A DNA stretch of 64,000 nt from Ylistrum balloti (lineage: Eukaryota). Under the pieces are notes generated by a model, which did no database searches, was not told where the DNA came from, and was given only the letters and a program-made list of their open reading frames with translations. Location of the stretch: positions 186,001 to 250,000 of the forward strand of contig NW_026782845.1 in NCBI RefSeq assembly GCF_031769215.1, written 5' to 3'. A program made the translations under genes and the position numbers. Positions 13,541 to 26,995 of the stretch are shown here, piece by piece (within the stretch, counting starts at the first letter, position 1; each line of letters begins with the position of its first letter).

Positions 13541-14333
13541 CATTATACAGCAGTTTCGTCCTTCTGGAACTCGTCAGTGATGCTACATCATACAGCAGTT
13601 TCGTCCTTCTGTAACTCGTCAGTGATGCTACATCGTCCTTCTGGAACTCGTCAGTGATGCTGCATCATACAGCAGTTTCGTCCTTCTGTAACTCGTCAGT
13701 GATGCTACATCATACAGCAGTTTCGTCCTTCTGGAACTCGTCAGTGATGCTACATCATACAGCTGTTTCGTCCTTCTGTTACTCGTCAGTGATGCTACAT
13801 CATACAGCAGTTTCGTCCTTCTGGAACTCGTCAGTGATGCTACATACAGCAGTTTCGTCCTTCTGGAACTCGTCAGTGATGCTACATCATACAGCTGTTT
13901 CGTCCTTCTGAAACTCGTCATTGATACTTACATCATACAGCTGTTTCGTCCTTCTGGAACTCGTCATTGATACTTACATCATACAGCAGTTTCGTCCTTC
14001 TGGAACTCGTCAGTGATGCTGCATCATACAGCAGTTTCGTCCTTCTGGAACTCGTCAGTGATGCTACATCATACAGCAGTTTCGTCCTTCTGGAACTCGT
14101 CAGTGATGCTACATCATACAGCAGTTTCGTCCTTCTGTAACTCGTCAGTGATGCTACATCATACAGCTGTTTCGTCCTTTTGTAACTCGTCAGTGCTACA
14201 TCATACAGCTGTTTCGTCCTTCTGTAACTCGTCAGTGATGCTACATCATACAGCTGTTCCGTCCTTCTGTAACTCGTCAGTGATGCTACATCATACAGCT
14301 GTTTCGTCCTTCTGGAACTCGGCATTGATGCTA
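13541..14333 (-). ncRNA. Tandem array (18 units, 45 bp) of minimal type I hammerhead ribozyme motifs
   Basis: Minus-strand unit TAGCATCA-CTGACGA-GTTCCAGAAGGAC-GAAA-C-(T/A)GCT-GTA-TGATG. It contains the hammerhead core CUGANGA/GAAA, stem II closed by G-C, a 2-bp stem III with a palindromic loop, a GUA cleavage triplet and stem I CAUCA/UGAUG. Confidence 0.85.
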
Positions 14334-14412
14334 AGGGCCTAAAGTTCGAAGCCTAGGAGGCGACTAAGGGGAATCCAAAGTGATGAAAAGGAAAGTCAAA
14401 ATATAGACGGGG
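14332..14412 (+). repeat. Dispersed repeat (TAAGGGCCTA... family), copy 1
   Basis: Aligns by eye with 39101..39180 (taagggccta...gcc.aggaggcga.taagg..aatccaaa.tgat...aagtcaaaat..agac). Confidence 0.7.
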
Positions 14413-17400
14413 CTTCAAGTCCACCAGCTGTGTCTACCACCTGCTATCTTAAACTTTGTACGAAGGTCATGCATGTAAATATAGCCTTTAAATACTTCCG
14501 ATTAAGATAAAGCAGTGCCAATTAATGAATTCAAACTGTTTCGTCCTTTTACATGTATGACAAGCCAGTACAATATCAAAAGGCCTTTGGCACCGCGGAG
14601 GCTATATCAAAACCGACCAAAAGAAATGCCTATATCTAGATTGAGAGATGCACAAGCTTAATAATGCAGTAAATCACGGTAACATGCATATAAGTGTATC
14701 TGATAATTTCCAAACAACATCAAATATATGCGTATATTCTGAACCGTGCTATTATTCCGACAATTTGAAACTTGACAAGCAGGTTAAGGCAACCTCGGCA
14801 AAAAGTCCACCAGCAATGTCTATCATATACAGTTTCTAAGGTTGTACATAATACACACAAGTCAATAGCACCATTCAATACAATTTTAGAATTAGATACA
14901 GTAGATCCAAGCAATGAATCATATAGCTGTTTCATCGAAAAACGCATTAAGGGTTTGTTCGTAAATGGCACTTTCTACAACAGAAAATGAATGATATAAC
15001 CGTTCATTTGTCCTTTCCCTTATACAGCTATATTTTTGACAGGAACAGTTCCCCTTGTCAACTTTCAGAGTGGAAAAAAACCTAGTTGGTCTGGTCTATT
15101 ATTCATAAAAGAATCAAATCTGAAACGATACCGAAAGTCAAAACTGTTTTTCGTGATCTTGAAGTTAGGGCCTTGTTAATAATTTAATAATATGTTTTTG
15201 TGTATGTAGATAAGATACAGCGTATCTTATAATTTGATCCTTGTTTAGGAACACTATTTGCATTTAATGTATACAAAATGACTAGACATGCTCTTTAAAA
15301 AGGATATATCATCCACATTTTCCGAAGACACAGTACGAGCTAATCATTCTGATTGCCACATAAAGATCGGGGCGTTTCTCGTTTGTAATGAAATCCTATA
15401 CTTCATATGAATCGATGTAAACATTATTATCAAATTGAGATCACCACCGTTTATCTTCGGTACGGTGGACCGAATAGCTACCACAAAAGCGACAAATAAG
15501 CCCTTATCACTGCTAGCGTAATTGTTTAAATTTTTCTATATTGAATTTTCCATTTCTGGATAAGAACATTAATACATCCCCAATCTTTCGTATTTACACA
15601 TCAGAGTTGATTTGATATTCAAGACTTTATTCCCATTATCACGATTTTCGTCCAAAAATCGTCAACTGACGCATAAACTTGTTTCCAAAGATATAGGCTA
15701 ATAAGAAGTATGGTGCAGTTTTACGTTTGTAAAGTGGTCTCATTGAGAAATATTCTGGTGGGTTTTTTTGTACGATAAAAAAAGCTGGACGTGTTTGGTG
15801 CTCGTTTGTATGCCTGTTGGTTCCGTTGTTGTATACTTTGTACTCATTTAAAAATCAGATGCTTTTTTAAAATTTTTTCAGGAATCTTCGCCTAAATCTA
15901 TATTTTGTTCATATTTTGCTCTAGTTTTATTGAATCTGAGTTTGGTTAATGATTATTTTGACATGGTGGAATTTTAATGTTTTTCTTTTTCTGTCATTAG
16001 TTAAAGCCTGGCAGAATTTTTCACACTCATTACAGAAACATTACATCTGGAACGTATGTGAAAGTATTATGGTCGACCTAATCTAATTTCTTTTTTCCCT
16101 GTTTAATTTAGATGTGTTTAATGTTCGCAAGGTAAGCTGGTTTTGTGATTATTTATGTTCTTTTTTGAGAATGTCACATTACCTCATTTGTTTTCCCAAG
16201 ATTTACATTGCTAGTGTTGTCGATTAAGCAGAAACCTACCTTTCTAGCACATGGTCTTATTTCCCTCGTGCCTTGTTAAGGTTATTTAAATCTTGATTTG
16301 TTGATATGTTGTCCTCGTGTCATCGATTTTTTAACATGCGAGTTGTTATTTCATGCTGTTTTTATGTAAGCATTGTTCCATTTCGAAATAACTAGATGCA
16401 AACAAGAATTAATTTTACATTACATATCAGGAATAATTTACATATTCGGTAATTTCAGACATTACATACCATATATTGATTGTTTTGTAAATGCATGATG
16501 AGATAAAATGTTAATCATTCTTTATCCTGGCAAAACCAAGTACTAAATTTTCATTACCGGACGTATGAACAAACAATTTTGTTTGATTTTTTAATATTTT
16601 TTTTAACTTAAAGTTGTTAATGTATTCGGCTGAAGAGTATTATCCATCATTACATTGCAACGTAGCATATTGATTACAAGAGTTATGGAAGGCAACATTA
16701 AGTACGCTACTTTGATAGTATTATTCTCAGGATTTACCGTAGAAAGAAATTTCATGCGCTTAGCAGAAGATATCTAATGTGATTACAGAATATGTCAGGG
16801 GTGCAAGTCATCTTTGAAGACAGATCGTCAGTTAACGTGTCAGCAAATCTGTATTTTGCATCTTCATTTTGGATGATGGCGTGTGTTAAGGAATTTGGAA
16901 TTAGTTTTATTATTGATATAGTTAAGGTAACGCCCTATTCGTTCGAAGATGTGCTCTTATTTTGAAGATATTCCAAGATAAAAGTCATCAGATAACAAGA
17001 CAGAAGAAAAACTGTGGGACTCAATATTGCGAGTTATCGAGAATCTTGAGTCGTGAAATTTCAAACTATCCTGAAAGCCTTTCAACAAATTTGTCTCAAT
17101 CCTTTACACGCATGACTGGGTAAAGGTTATCATGTTTGACCTATATTTGACCTTTTCCTTAGATCAGTATTTGCCTATCACAAAAGTTAAACGAGCGTAT
17201 CAATATTCGACTTACGTTCGTCGTGTACAAAGTCATAACAGTTAGACCTAAATTCAAAGCTCTCCTTTGGAAAACTTGGTCTTATGTTTCATGTACCATA
17301 TCAAGGGTCTTCTTGAGGTTATATTTTAATTGGGTTTAGTTTCTTTTGTTATATTGCTAGAAATTGCTATTTCGCTAAATATAATTTTCGATCTAATCTG

Positions 17401-18099
17401 GCATTATTTTGGTTACGCTTCTGATACTGTTATGTTTCCGAATAATAGTACAGTGATTCTCTGATGATTGATCGTTCGTTTTCATGATCAGCCAAGTTAT
17501 GTCCATTGATGTAGAGAAGAGGCTTACTGAGGTTTAGAATATCAATACGTCTGTAAGATATGGTTCTCCTTTTGTGCAGTTCCATGAAAATAATACATTA
17601 AACATTAGGTTGTGTGTTGACCAAAGAATGGAATACAATGTTATACATTCGTAACACAATTCATCAATCATAATGACATGACATTAATAGTCAAAATCAT
17701 GAGATGTGCTTAGTGAAACTTATCTTTTAAATGGAATAGATCACATTGCCGAGGATTAGACAGTAATCTCCCACGTGGTAGAAAAAAATCTGCCCTACAT
17801 TCAGGATAAATCACTAATCTCCGAGAAGGCAAACACATCTCTGTTGTACCCTAAAGTTAGGGAATGATTCCTTTATCTGCCCAACCCAACATAATTCAAT
17901 AAAACATAGATTAAATCGAATTTATTGATTAAGTGAAAGAGCTTGCTGCACAGGACGTACTTGTTCGAAAAAAAGATTAAGACATTCTATACTGTAGCAC
18001 TGATACTAGATATTATTGATGCTGTGCGCTTCTTGTATCTTCTACGAAATGATAACACCAGCGTTACCTTAAACTCTTGAATAACCTGAAACGAGGGAC

Positions 18100-18285
18100 T
18101 GTATGTGTGAAACGAAGGACGGTATGTCTGAAACTTGGGGTTGGTATTTCTGAAACGAGTTTGAGAATTTCTGAGACGAGGGTCGGTATCTCTGCAACGA
18201 GGGTCGGTATCTCTGCAACGAGGGTCGGTATCTCTGAAACAAGAGTCTGTATCACAGAACCGGAGGTCTGTTACTGAAACCAATG
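18100..18285. repeat. Short degenerate 21-bp tandem repeat (GAGGGTCGGTATCTCTGCAAC), probably internal to a non-autonomous TE
   Basis: Three near-perfect units plus degenerate flanking units. They produce the RDTDPRC-repeat ORF artefact. Confidence 0.7.
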
Positions 18286-19356
18286 TCGCGATGGAAATAA
18301 GGACTAGCTATGCAAGAGATCTTAAATGAATTGCACTTTAGGAACATGTGATTCATACGTGTATATAAGCATGTGTTCATGTACCTACCAAAACATGAAC
18401 AAAAGAAAGCTTCACACGGAGACTCCTGAAAAAGTACAAAGAGGATGGCATTTGAACCGCACGTTCAGCTAAGTAGCAAAATGAACTGATGTATTTTGTA
18501 AGTCATTGTATAATGTATATGTGAATGATATCAATTAATAAAATACACTGTATAGGTCAACTGAGACAAAGTCTCATGGTTATCTATTGCAATCTCCTTT
18601 TAACCGACATTGTCTGTCGATCGCCGTGCTATCGTAAAACATTTAACATTATTAACTTCTGAATATCCCTTGGACTGATTTCAATAAACTTTTGCAGAAA
18701 TCTTCCATGGCAACATGGCAAAAGATATACCAAAATTGTAGATTGTATGCCAACGATCTGATGGATAAAAATGACTAAGAACTTAAAAAACGTGCTCAAT
18801 ACTTGAATATGGTAGAATTAATACTTTTAATCGATGGAAGGGTGTACATGAGCTTTATCACAATTGTAACTTTCATGACCCCATAGTCGCAGGGAAGGGG
18901 TAAATTTTACTATATCTAAGTTTTTATGATACAAAATCATGCCAATTGTTCCTGTTTGTGATTTCACCATTTAGGCCCCTTTGTCTCTTTTTGTATAAAA
19001 ATATGGTGTTTCTTCTTTTATTTTGTCTATTTATTTGGTTTTTGTTTCTTTTTCATTGTGCTTGATTGTTTTTCGTTATCTGTCTTTTGGAGGGATATGG
19101 TGCGATTTTTGTACATACCAGACTAATTCTTAAGCGTTAAATATCGATAAGAATAAGTGAGATAAACATTCATATACAAAATGACCTTGGTATTACACCA
19201 TTCATATTGAAAACGAGAGATTAGTGTGCTTAAACGCAAGAAAAAATACGATCATTATTATATTGCAGTGTAATGCAATGCAGTCACACTGATTTTTATA
19301 TCTACGTAAGATGATTAACATGCACTCCTCCGCGTTCTCACCCTACACTCAAGCAT

Positions 19357-19387
<31 letters not shown>

Positions 19388-19728
19388 AAGACTTACCTGT
19401 CTATTTTCCTTTGTCTAAGTAACGTGCAGACAGCCTACCACTACGTGCAACTGTTCTTGTGTAAAATGGCCGTCGACTCAGTTCACTAGTAATGATAATG
19501 GATGAATATTGATATCAAATTGAAGCTGATTATACTTGAGTATTGTTGCAGAAGTCCTTTGATATTACTCAAAATGCGTTGCTAAATTGTATTTACCTGA
19601 TAATCATTTGATATGGGTATATTTATATATTAAGAATATAACAAGTTCAGAATAGATCAAGACTCCTTGATGCTGGGAAAGACAAGAAGATTTGGAAGGT
19701 TTTGACTGTTAAAGGCACCACGTTAAAG

Positions 19729-22565
19729 ATGAATTCATCAATTTATGCAAATATTTGTTATCAGTGTTATTCTGGCACCAAAGATCAGAACTACTTCCGG
19801 AAAGGTGTGTTGCAGGCTACCGCTATTTTCATGCTTATCCTAGCAACATTTGGATTGCTTTTTAATAGTTTGTTCATATACATTTTACTTACACACAATA
19901 TCGTGAAGACCAGAAACAATATTTACGTCATAACACTTTGTGTCTCAAGTATCATGATCGCAGTTCTTGTGGTTCCGACGCTTGGTGTGTCGTCGTTGGA
20001 GGATAAATGGGTGTTTGGAGAAGTTGGGTGTACGTTACATGGCTTTATCATGACAACGTTTGGACTTTTTCAAATATTTGTTCTCACCGCTATGTCGGTC
20101 GAAAAATATATCATAGTGGTCAGAAACCATTGGGACTCATTTGTGTCAAAAAAGGGGACCCGCTTCACCACTGGATTGTGTCTGGCGTTGGGGTGTTTAC
20201 TTGGGAGTTGTCCACTCTTTGGGTGGAACTCTTATAAACTGGAGCTTCAAAAAACGTCATGTTCCATTGACTGGGCCGATAAAAGTAGGAAAGCGCTTTC
20301 CTACACGTATCTACTGATTATAATTGGACTTGTGGTTCCTGTTTCGGTGATGCTTTTCTCGTATATAAATATATATTTCCAGGTAAGTAGGTACTCCATG
20401 TGTCACAAATACCTGTTTGATACAATTATTGTTCAATTGCGTGATTTAATCTTTATTTTTTAAAATCACATATAATTGCCTGCTATTTTCAACCTTAACT
20501 ATCATCTTATTCTGAGGCGGAGAAATTACACTCATTTCATGTTTAAAAAGTATTTTATGGCCATGCCAGGAACGAAGAAACGATCATCCTAAGGTAGTAA
20601 GGATGACAACCGAAGGCTGCGATTCCGAAAGTCCCCCTTTACACAACCGATGAATGATTATTTTGACTGTTCCACAGGTACAGTTGTACAATGTAGCAAC
20701 AAAGCAACTTTTAATACCATGATATATCGACGTAGAGAGAAATGTCGTTTGGCATACATAATGACAATATTAATTGAGTAACAAGCAAATTCATGGAATT
20801 TATATTCCAAGCTTTCCAAACATATTGTAAGTAAATATTTAGTGTTTATTATATTTAGGAAAGTTAGAGCACAGACACTGACCGACCAATGAAATGAAAG
20901 GATACCTAATTAGTATGCATATACATGAACAGATGATGCTGATTGCTAAACTCAGTCTTATGTGCCCTAATATGTATCTGCTGATCAAGTTTCATCTAAA
21001 TCGGATGATATTTGGGGAAGTTAGAACACGGAAACGAAAGTGTGACAGATAGACGGACGGATAGACAAACCCTAATTAATATTCCTCGTTTCGGTGCGGG
21101 GGATAATGAAAGTCAAACTTGGTAATGTAATGATCTGAAATGATATGATAAGAAAAGCATCGCTTTTGTGCTATTGAAATAATATTTTTGCTTTATTAAG
21201 ATTGGTGAGTCTTATGCCTATATATACAACTTACATATATTATGTTTAGACCATAAAAATATCTTACTGTTTGCATACAAATTTGGTCAATTATAGAGCA
21301 AGCTTTAGCATAACTTTTATTAATGATGAAACAGGTTCATATCTCTTGTGCACTTCTTTTCAAGCCAGGAGAAATGTTTTTTATGTCACCGGATCGACAG
21401 ATCGAGGCGTTTTGTCTGTCTGTTTGACTGTCTGTTCGTTTGGCTTTCATACTTGGAATGTGTGTTGCTTGTGACAAGACCTTTGCAGTGGTATCAATTG
21501 TTTTGACCATGTGAACTTGACGTGACGTTTGAAGGTGTATATAGCTGTCGAAGTAAAACTGTCAAATCATTATCACAATGAATACATAAATGTTTCCCAA
21601 AGTGTGTATGCAATAGGGCCTATTAGCACATGCCTTATGTTAAAAATATCTTTTGCAGATTAAAGGTCATATATTCAATTTACGCAAGGTGTTACGTAAC
21701 AGCGGGAAGTGTTATGCAAATATGCTGAAGAGAGAGGTCAAAGTCATCAAAACCATGTTTATTCTTGTTTGTAAGTATTTTCTTAATGGGAATATTCCAT
21801 GGCACCACTACCTTACTCCCTCTACCCCTCGACCTTTGACCTTCCTATTGTACTAGATAATTCTTCCCAAAATGTCGACATTCACCACTAAACATGCTTA
21901 TCATTAAGCATTAATTTAAAATTTTCATTAAATCGTCTGAAATACAAAGTTTGACATTTTGGTTATTATTCACATGTTTGATACTTGTGCTATATATTTA
22001 GATGTTCATAATATTCACGTTCCTGGTGTTTTCGGCGAAGTAGAAGACACTTATCATGTAGGAACGCATCACAGTCAATCTTCGTTAATTCGAAGTTGGC
22101 GGGACGTTGGGAAACTTCGAATTAAACGGGTTTCTTCGATATCACGAGTTTCGACTGTATGTCGTTCTCATTGTTGCATGTTAGTAAAACTGTTTTCTTT
22201 GTGTTATAGGTGCCTTCATTGTCTCCTGGGTTCCATACGCCACTATTTCTTTATATGCTATGTTCAACGATATCAGCTTAATGAACCCATTGCTTTATAT
22301 GTTGCCGACACTGTTCGCGAAAGCTTCTGTCATCTGGAATCCGATCATATATATGTTTATCAATAAGGCATTCAAAAATGCCCTTATGGAAAAAATACCA
22401 ATATTAAGGAAATGCCGCATATGTAAGCGTTCCAAAATACAGAACGAGCTTTTAAGTAATGAAACCATACCTAGCCCTACATATAGCAAAGATTCCAAAT
22501 CATATGATCACCGACACACAGTCAGAATGTCAAGTCCAACCCACGTTGCCATCACAATGCTGTAA
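19729..22565 (+). CDS. Opsin paralog 1 (rhodopsin-family GPCR, probably xenopsin-like), about 373 aa; exons 19729..20382, 21659..21770, 22210..22565
   Basis: 7TM profile; WVFGEVGC (Cys110 equivalent), EKY (DRY-like), YKLE..KTSCSIDW (Glu181/Cys187), PTLFAKASVIWNPIIY (retinal-binding Lys296 and NPxxY). GT-AG introns, phases 0 and 1. The subfamily assignment is inference. Confidence 0.92.
20930..21106. mobile_element. Helentron-associated/HINE-like non-autonomous element end
   Basis: GACAG/GACGG microsatellite-like run followed by a terminal stem-loop (attcctcg...gcgggggataa), the architecture known for bivalve Pearl/HINE-type elements. Confidence 0.45.
22075..22159. mobile_element. Right end of a Tc1/mariner-like MITE (...cgagtttcgactg + TA) in opsin 1 intron 2
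   Basis: Same terminal sequence as the element at 40211..41394. Confidence 0.5.
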
Positions 22566-25500
22566 TTTGTCAAGTCTCGTTTGTGCTAAGATCGACTGAT
22601 AGAACGGATGTCGAATCTAAACTATATGTGTGATTACAATTTGGTAATTTGCCAGGACTCATTTGTATGACCATCAATATATACAGAAAGGAAGTCTCTT
22701 CCGAAGTGACTAGTTACGTGCAGATGTTTCGCGTCAAGACCTGCCGAAATGCACTATACACGCGGTAAAGGTATGAATTTCCAGTTAAATATGCCTTTTC
22801 ACTAGTGTACGGCATCGAAACTCATTCAAACTTCCATCGATAGGCATTGAAACACTAATTCTTACTTATGTAGCTACAGTAAGTCTATGTGGCATCAAGA
22901 CCTGCCCAAACTACCATCGACAGGTGGTTGAAATGTCACGTCCCAATCTGGTGCTCATCAAGACATCCGGCCTACAGTAAGGACGCCGAGAACTGCACAT
23001 TCGGTGAAATCAAGCTACATGTACTTATACAGGAATTACCGACATCAACGTTAGGCTTTGTTAAAAATGAAAGTCTGACTTTTGTGGCCAGCAACTTACA
23101 TTTTATAGTACAGATGTTCTAGTGATTCAGCACTATCCTTAACCATGCATCAGGCTTTACTAATAACTAATCTACTACCATAAAAAAAGTAGTATTGATA
23201 TATAATATGTAATGTTCTCCCGTTCAATTATGACGTCACACAATCACTCTTAATACTACGTCACAGACATTGTATCTAGACAATTTATTAAGCATCATGA
23301 AGAATCAGGAATGAAAACTCTAATGCTTAATTCGCCGTGTTTTACTTTATTTTAATAATAATATATATCAAAATACTATTGATGTGTCAATGTAAATATA
23401 TGTACTTCTTGTCTTTTAAAGTTGCTGTTGAAATAATATATTCATATGTATAAATACGATTAAAGCATTCTCATTTTATCATTTTATCGTCAACCTCATA
23501 TAAACATTTCCTAAAAACTTGAACTTGAATGTTTTCTATTTCACATTCCGTTCCATTGGGGATTGAAAGAGTCTATTAATCTACAGTAACTGTATCATAA
23601 GGTTATACGTTTGTTCCATTTCACACCTTTACTTTCATTGGTAAAGATCTGATGAACTCTTCATCAACTTATGCTTAATATACGATATAATATGCAAATA
23701 ATTCATGTTGGCCCATTTCCCTCCACGTAATTCGTGATGCAGGCGAATTGTATTAATAAAGATTTGAATGTTCACTTGTGGGCACTATTTTCGTGGTATT
23801 TTGATTTCCACAATAACCAGAAATTTGTACAATATTGTAACTGTTTATTATTCCGTGGAAATGTGGATTCATTGATGATGAGTACCTACAAAACGAAATT
23901 AAACTATTTCAAAAATATTTTTATATTTGATACGTTTTGATGCTGTTTATATGTCATGTTGCAACAACTAAATAATGACAGGTAATCAGGCATTTCTTGG
24001 TTTCTGTTATTGTTTCATACCGGTTTCTAATAAGTACGTATATTAGACTAAAGCTAAACTTATTCTTGGGTTCTTGTCTCTTCGTACTTGGGCACGATAG
24101 CTAAGTCGGTTAGAGCGTTGACCTATGCAGTATCAGTCTGGTTAAAAATAAACAACGTGTACAGACTATTGCTGGAGCAGTTTATATTTTACATTCATAA
24201 AACATCAAATCTACTCAATAAAATCATCTTTTTTATACTGGTTTCCGATAAGAACGTACATGTATATTAAGTATATTAAAGTAAGATTAAAAAGGATAAA
24301 TGCTCAAATAGACTATGGCTATTGCAGTTTATCATGTTCAAACCATAAAACATCAAATCAAAATGATACAAAGGGAAAACATAAACTTGCCAGGAGTGAC
24401 AAACTAAGAAATACAGTTATGTAAATAAGGTGCAAAAATATTGACTATTTTACAAAATGTCCTTCAGTAAAGCATTATTGAATTGTGGTATTAATTAATA
24501 AAGAAGTTAGATCAAAGGATGGTGGACCTTATATATTTTACCACATGTTGACTGATTAATGACAGGTTTTCCGTTTCCGCAGCTCGTCAAGGCGATGTCT
24601 CACCGACGAACGATCTGGCGGTGTGAGGGGGTGAACTGCATCTCCCTTCACGGGCGGAGCCGTCTGCCAGGGTGTCCGGGTGTTGTGTAATTTAAAAAGA
24701 CCCTAGGCCTAATGGCGCATTAACTTGTCAGTGGCATAAATGATGTTAGCCTAGTTGATCCAATTGAATTCAGCCTGTAAGGTTGGATGGGGCAATGGGT
24801 TAGAAGGGGCGTACATATATTGATTTGAAATTAACGTAGTCTTAACGTCCATCATGTACTAATAAGATGTGTTTATCTTAACGCTATTCCTTAAACCACT
24901 GCATCGGCGTTATCGCACCTACTCTTCGAAGAGAAGAAACAGGATGGAAAGTTCTCACAAGAGCCACCGTTTGATATCCCGTCCGCCTGCCTACGGTTGT
25001 AGTTAATGGTTAGATCAGTGGCGGTGTAGTCATGGCTATCCCAACTTGAATTCTTTCCAAACATTCTGACTGTTTATAATTATGTGCGTAATTTGTGCAA
25101 ATGTGCTGATTAGAAGGGTTAAGAGAGGCTAAAAAAAGATGAGTTACGTTTAAATGGAAAAAAAGTTATGATAGAAAAAGAATCACTACACGGTTGGACT
25201 GGGTTAGGTTGTAAACCATTGATTAAAAGTAATAATGTGTTTATTCTAATTGGATAAATGTAGGGAAGAGATAGAAAAAAATTATATATCTATTCTTTCA
25301 TATACTCTATCATTTACTTTCCTCCCCGAAATTAGAATAAATGATGTTTAGAATGGAGTAAGAGAGGGGGCAGGAAGGATGGGGTCTTAGCCTTATTTGG
25401 TGTATGTGTGCCTGATTCTAGAGATATCAATTAAGTATATTACCTTTCTATTAAACCAAGACAACTGTAGTTTGATAAACAGACCTTTTTTATCATTTGA

Positions 25501-26995
25501 GGTTTATCTCAATTTGCCTCACTTTCGTTAAGTGAGTCCATGTGCCATTTGCCAAAATATTCAAATCGAATAAAGACTGTTTTTATTTTCATCGTACAAA
25601 GCAGACTCACTTAGATTCTGATGGAACATACATATAACATAGTCGACAACACAGTCCAACAGATATTTCTAATGAGGGAATTTTGCTGTTGTTATTTTGC
25701 ATACTTATAATTCGGATAGGAATGTATTTCCATTCAGCGTTAAATGCTTGGGACAGCTTCTGCAGGTTTGACAGCTGATTCTGACGTTTTCTCACGCATT
25801 ACTCAGGCGCACAAACAGGCTCAATTAGAAAAAAATCAGGTGATTTCAATGACCAGTCTAACACCTGCACATTATTCTGAATTCTGATGTAGGGAAGTTC
25901 TGCTGACTTGTGTACCTGTGCCTGCTCCTGTTGGAACATGGCGCCAACGTCATGTCTTCTCAGAATAGTAAAATCACTGGCCTTAAATTGTCATCCCGAG
26001 ATCTTATTCTGGTTCAAGTGCTATTTACAATGTACTACAACTAGTCTGGTACAATTTCTCTCATCAAAAAAGATGATGACCTTGTTTTATTTAAGCGACT
26101 AAACAATTCTTTTAATGGTAATGGAATAAGCGTAAAATTGATAAAAAACATAAGATTTGTTGAGTTCTGAGAAAATATGGAACAAGTATCATTATTATTT
26201 TTATGAAATGTAAACTAATATACATTAAGTTGCAGAAATCTTTGTGATTGGGGAGCTCTTCTGTTAATATGGATTTTACACGCCTGAATTATTTAAATTT
26301 TTAATGCAAACTATTGTTGCTGTTTTGTTCTATTGCATACACACTATTTTGTTATCACTTATTTCTTGGGATGCACCAAGAAAACAAAAGACCAAAAAGT
26401 GAATTACTTTTTCATACAAATTTCGAGTTAGATACAGTAGAGCTGAACATTGAATTAAACTACCTTTCTTTCTCGTTTGATATATGCTTAACCGTGCGAC
26501 GAATACATCGATAATTTTAAAAACTGACATCTGTTAACTACGTTGCAAATATTTTCAATAATCAATGCTTATCTTAGTTAAGGCTCAATGTTCAGCAAAT
26601 CATGATTTAATGGAACAACGTGCATTTTTTTACTTAACATTTTTCTCTAATAATCGTATCTTATAAATGATTCTTCACAAATCGCGTGGTTGGTGTGAAT
26701 TATAGTCATTTATGGATTTTTCTTAACCGCATTGTTGCGATCTGATGATCGATTTTCTTTTTCCCCCGGCATCTACGTCATTAAAAGGTGTTGTCACACC
26801 ATATAAAGACCTACCTAGTGCAGAGCAGTCTGCTAATAGCTAGTTAGTCGCCGAAACAACTTGAGAGGAGCGATTCTGTTTCAATTTGAATTGTAAAAGC
26901 ACATTTGGCACTTATCGTGATGCAATTGGGGAAATCTTATATATCTAAGTAATAATAACTCTGTTTCAGATACTTAAAAAAATCAACGTTTCAAG

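Noticed and set aside
13628-14342. ORFs with 15-aa repeats (VASLTSSRRTKLLYD)
   Set aside because: They follow from the 45-bp period. The conserved signal fits RNA structure, and the frames are broken by indel units.
19391-19399. Perfect minus-strand splice donor (CAG|GTAAGT) upstream of opsin 1, suggesting an antisense transcript
   Set aside because: It is part of the TATAAAGACYTACCT motif shared with the opsin 2 promoter, where the donor consensus is weaker, and no partner exon was found.
24575-25030. GC-richer block between the opsins with short minus-strand ORF pieces
   Set aside because: No recognisable domain, splice structure or terminal repeats; probably an old TE fragment that I cannot support.
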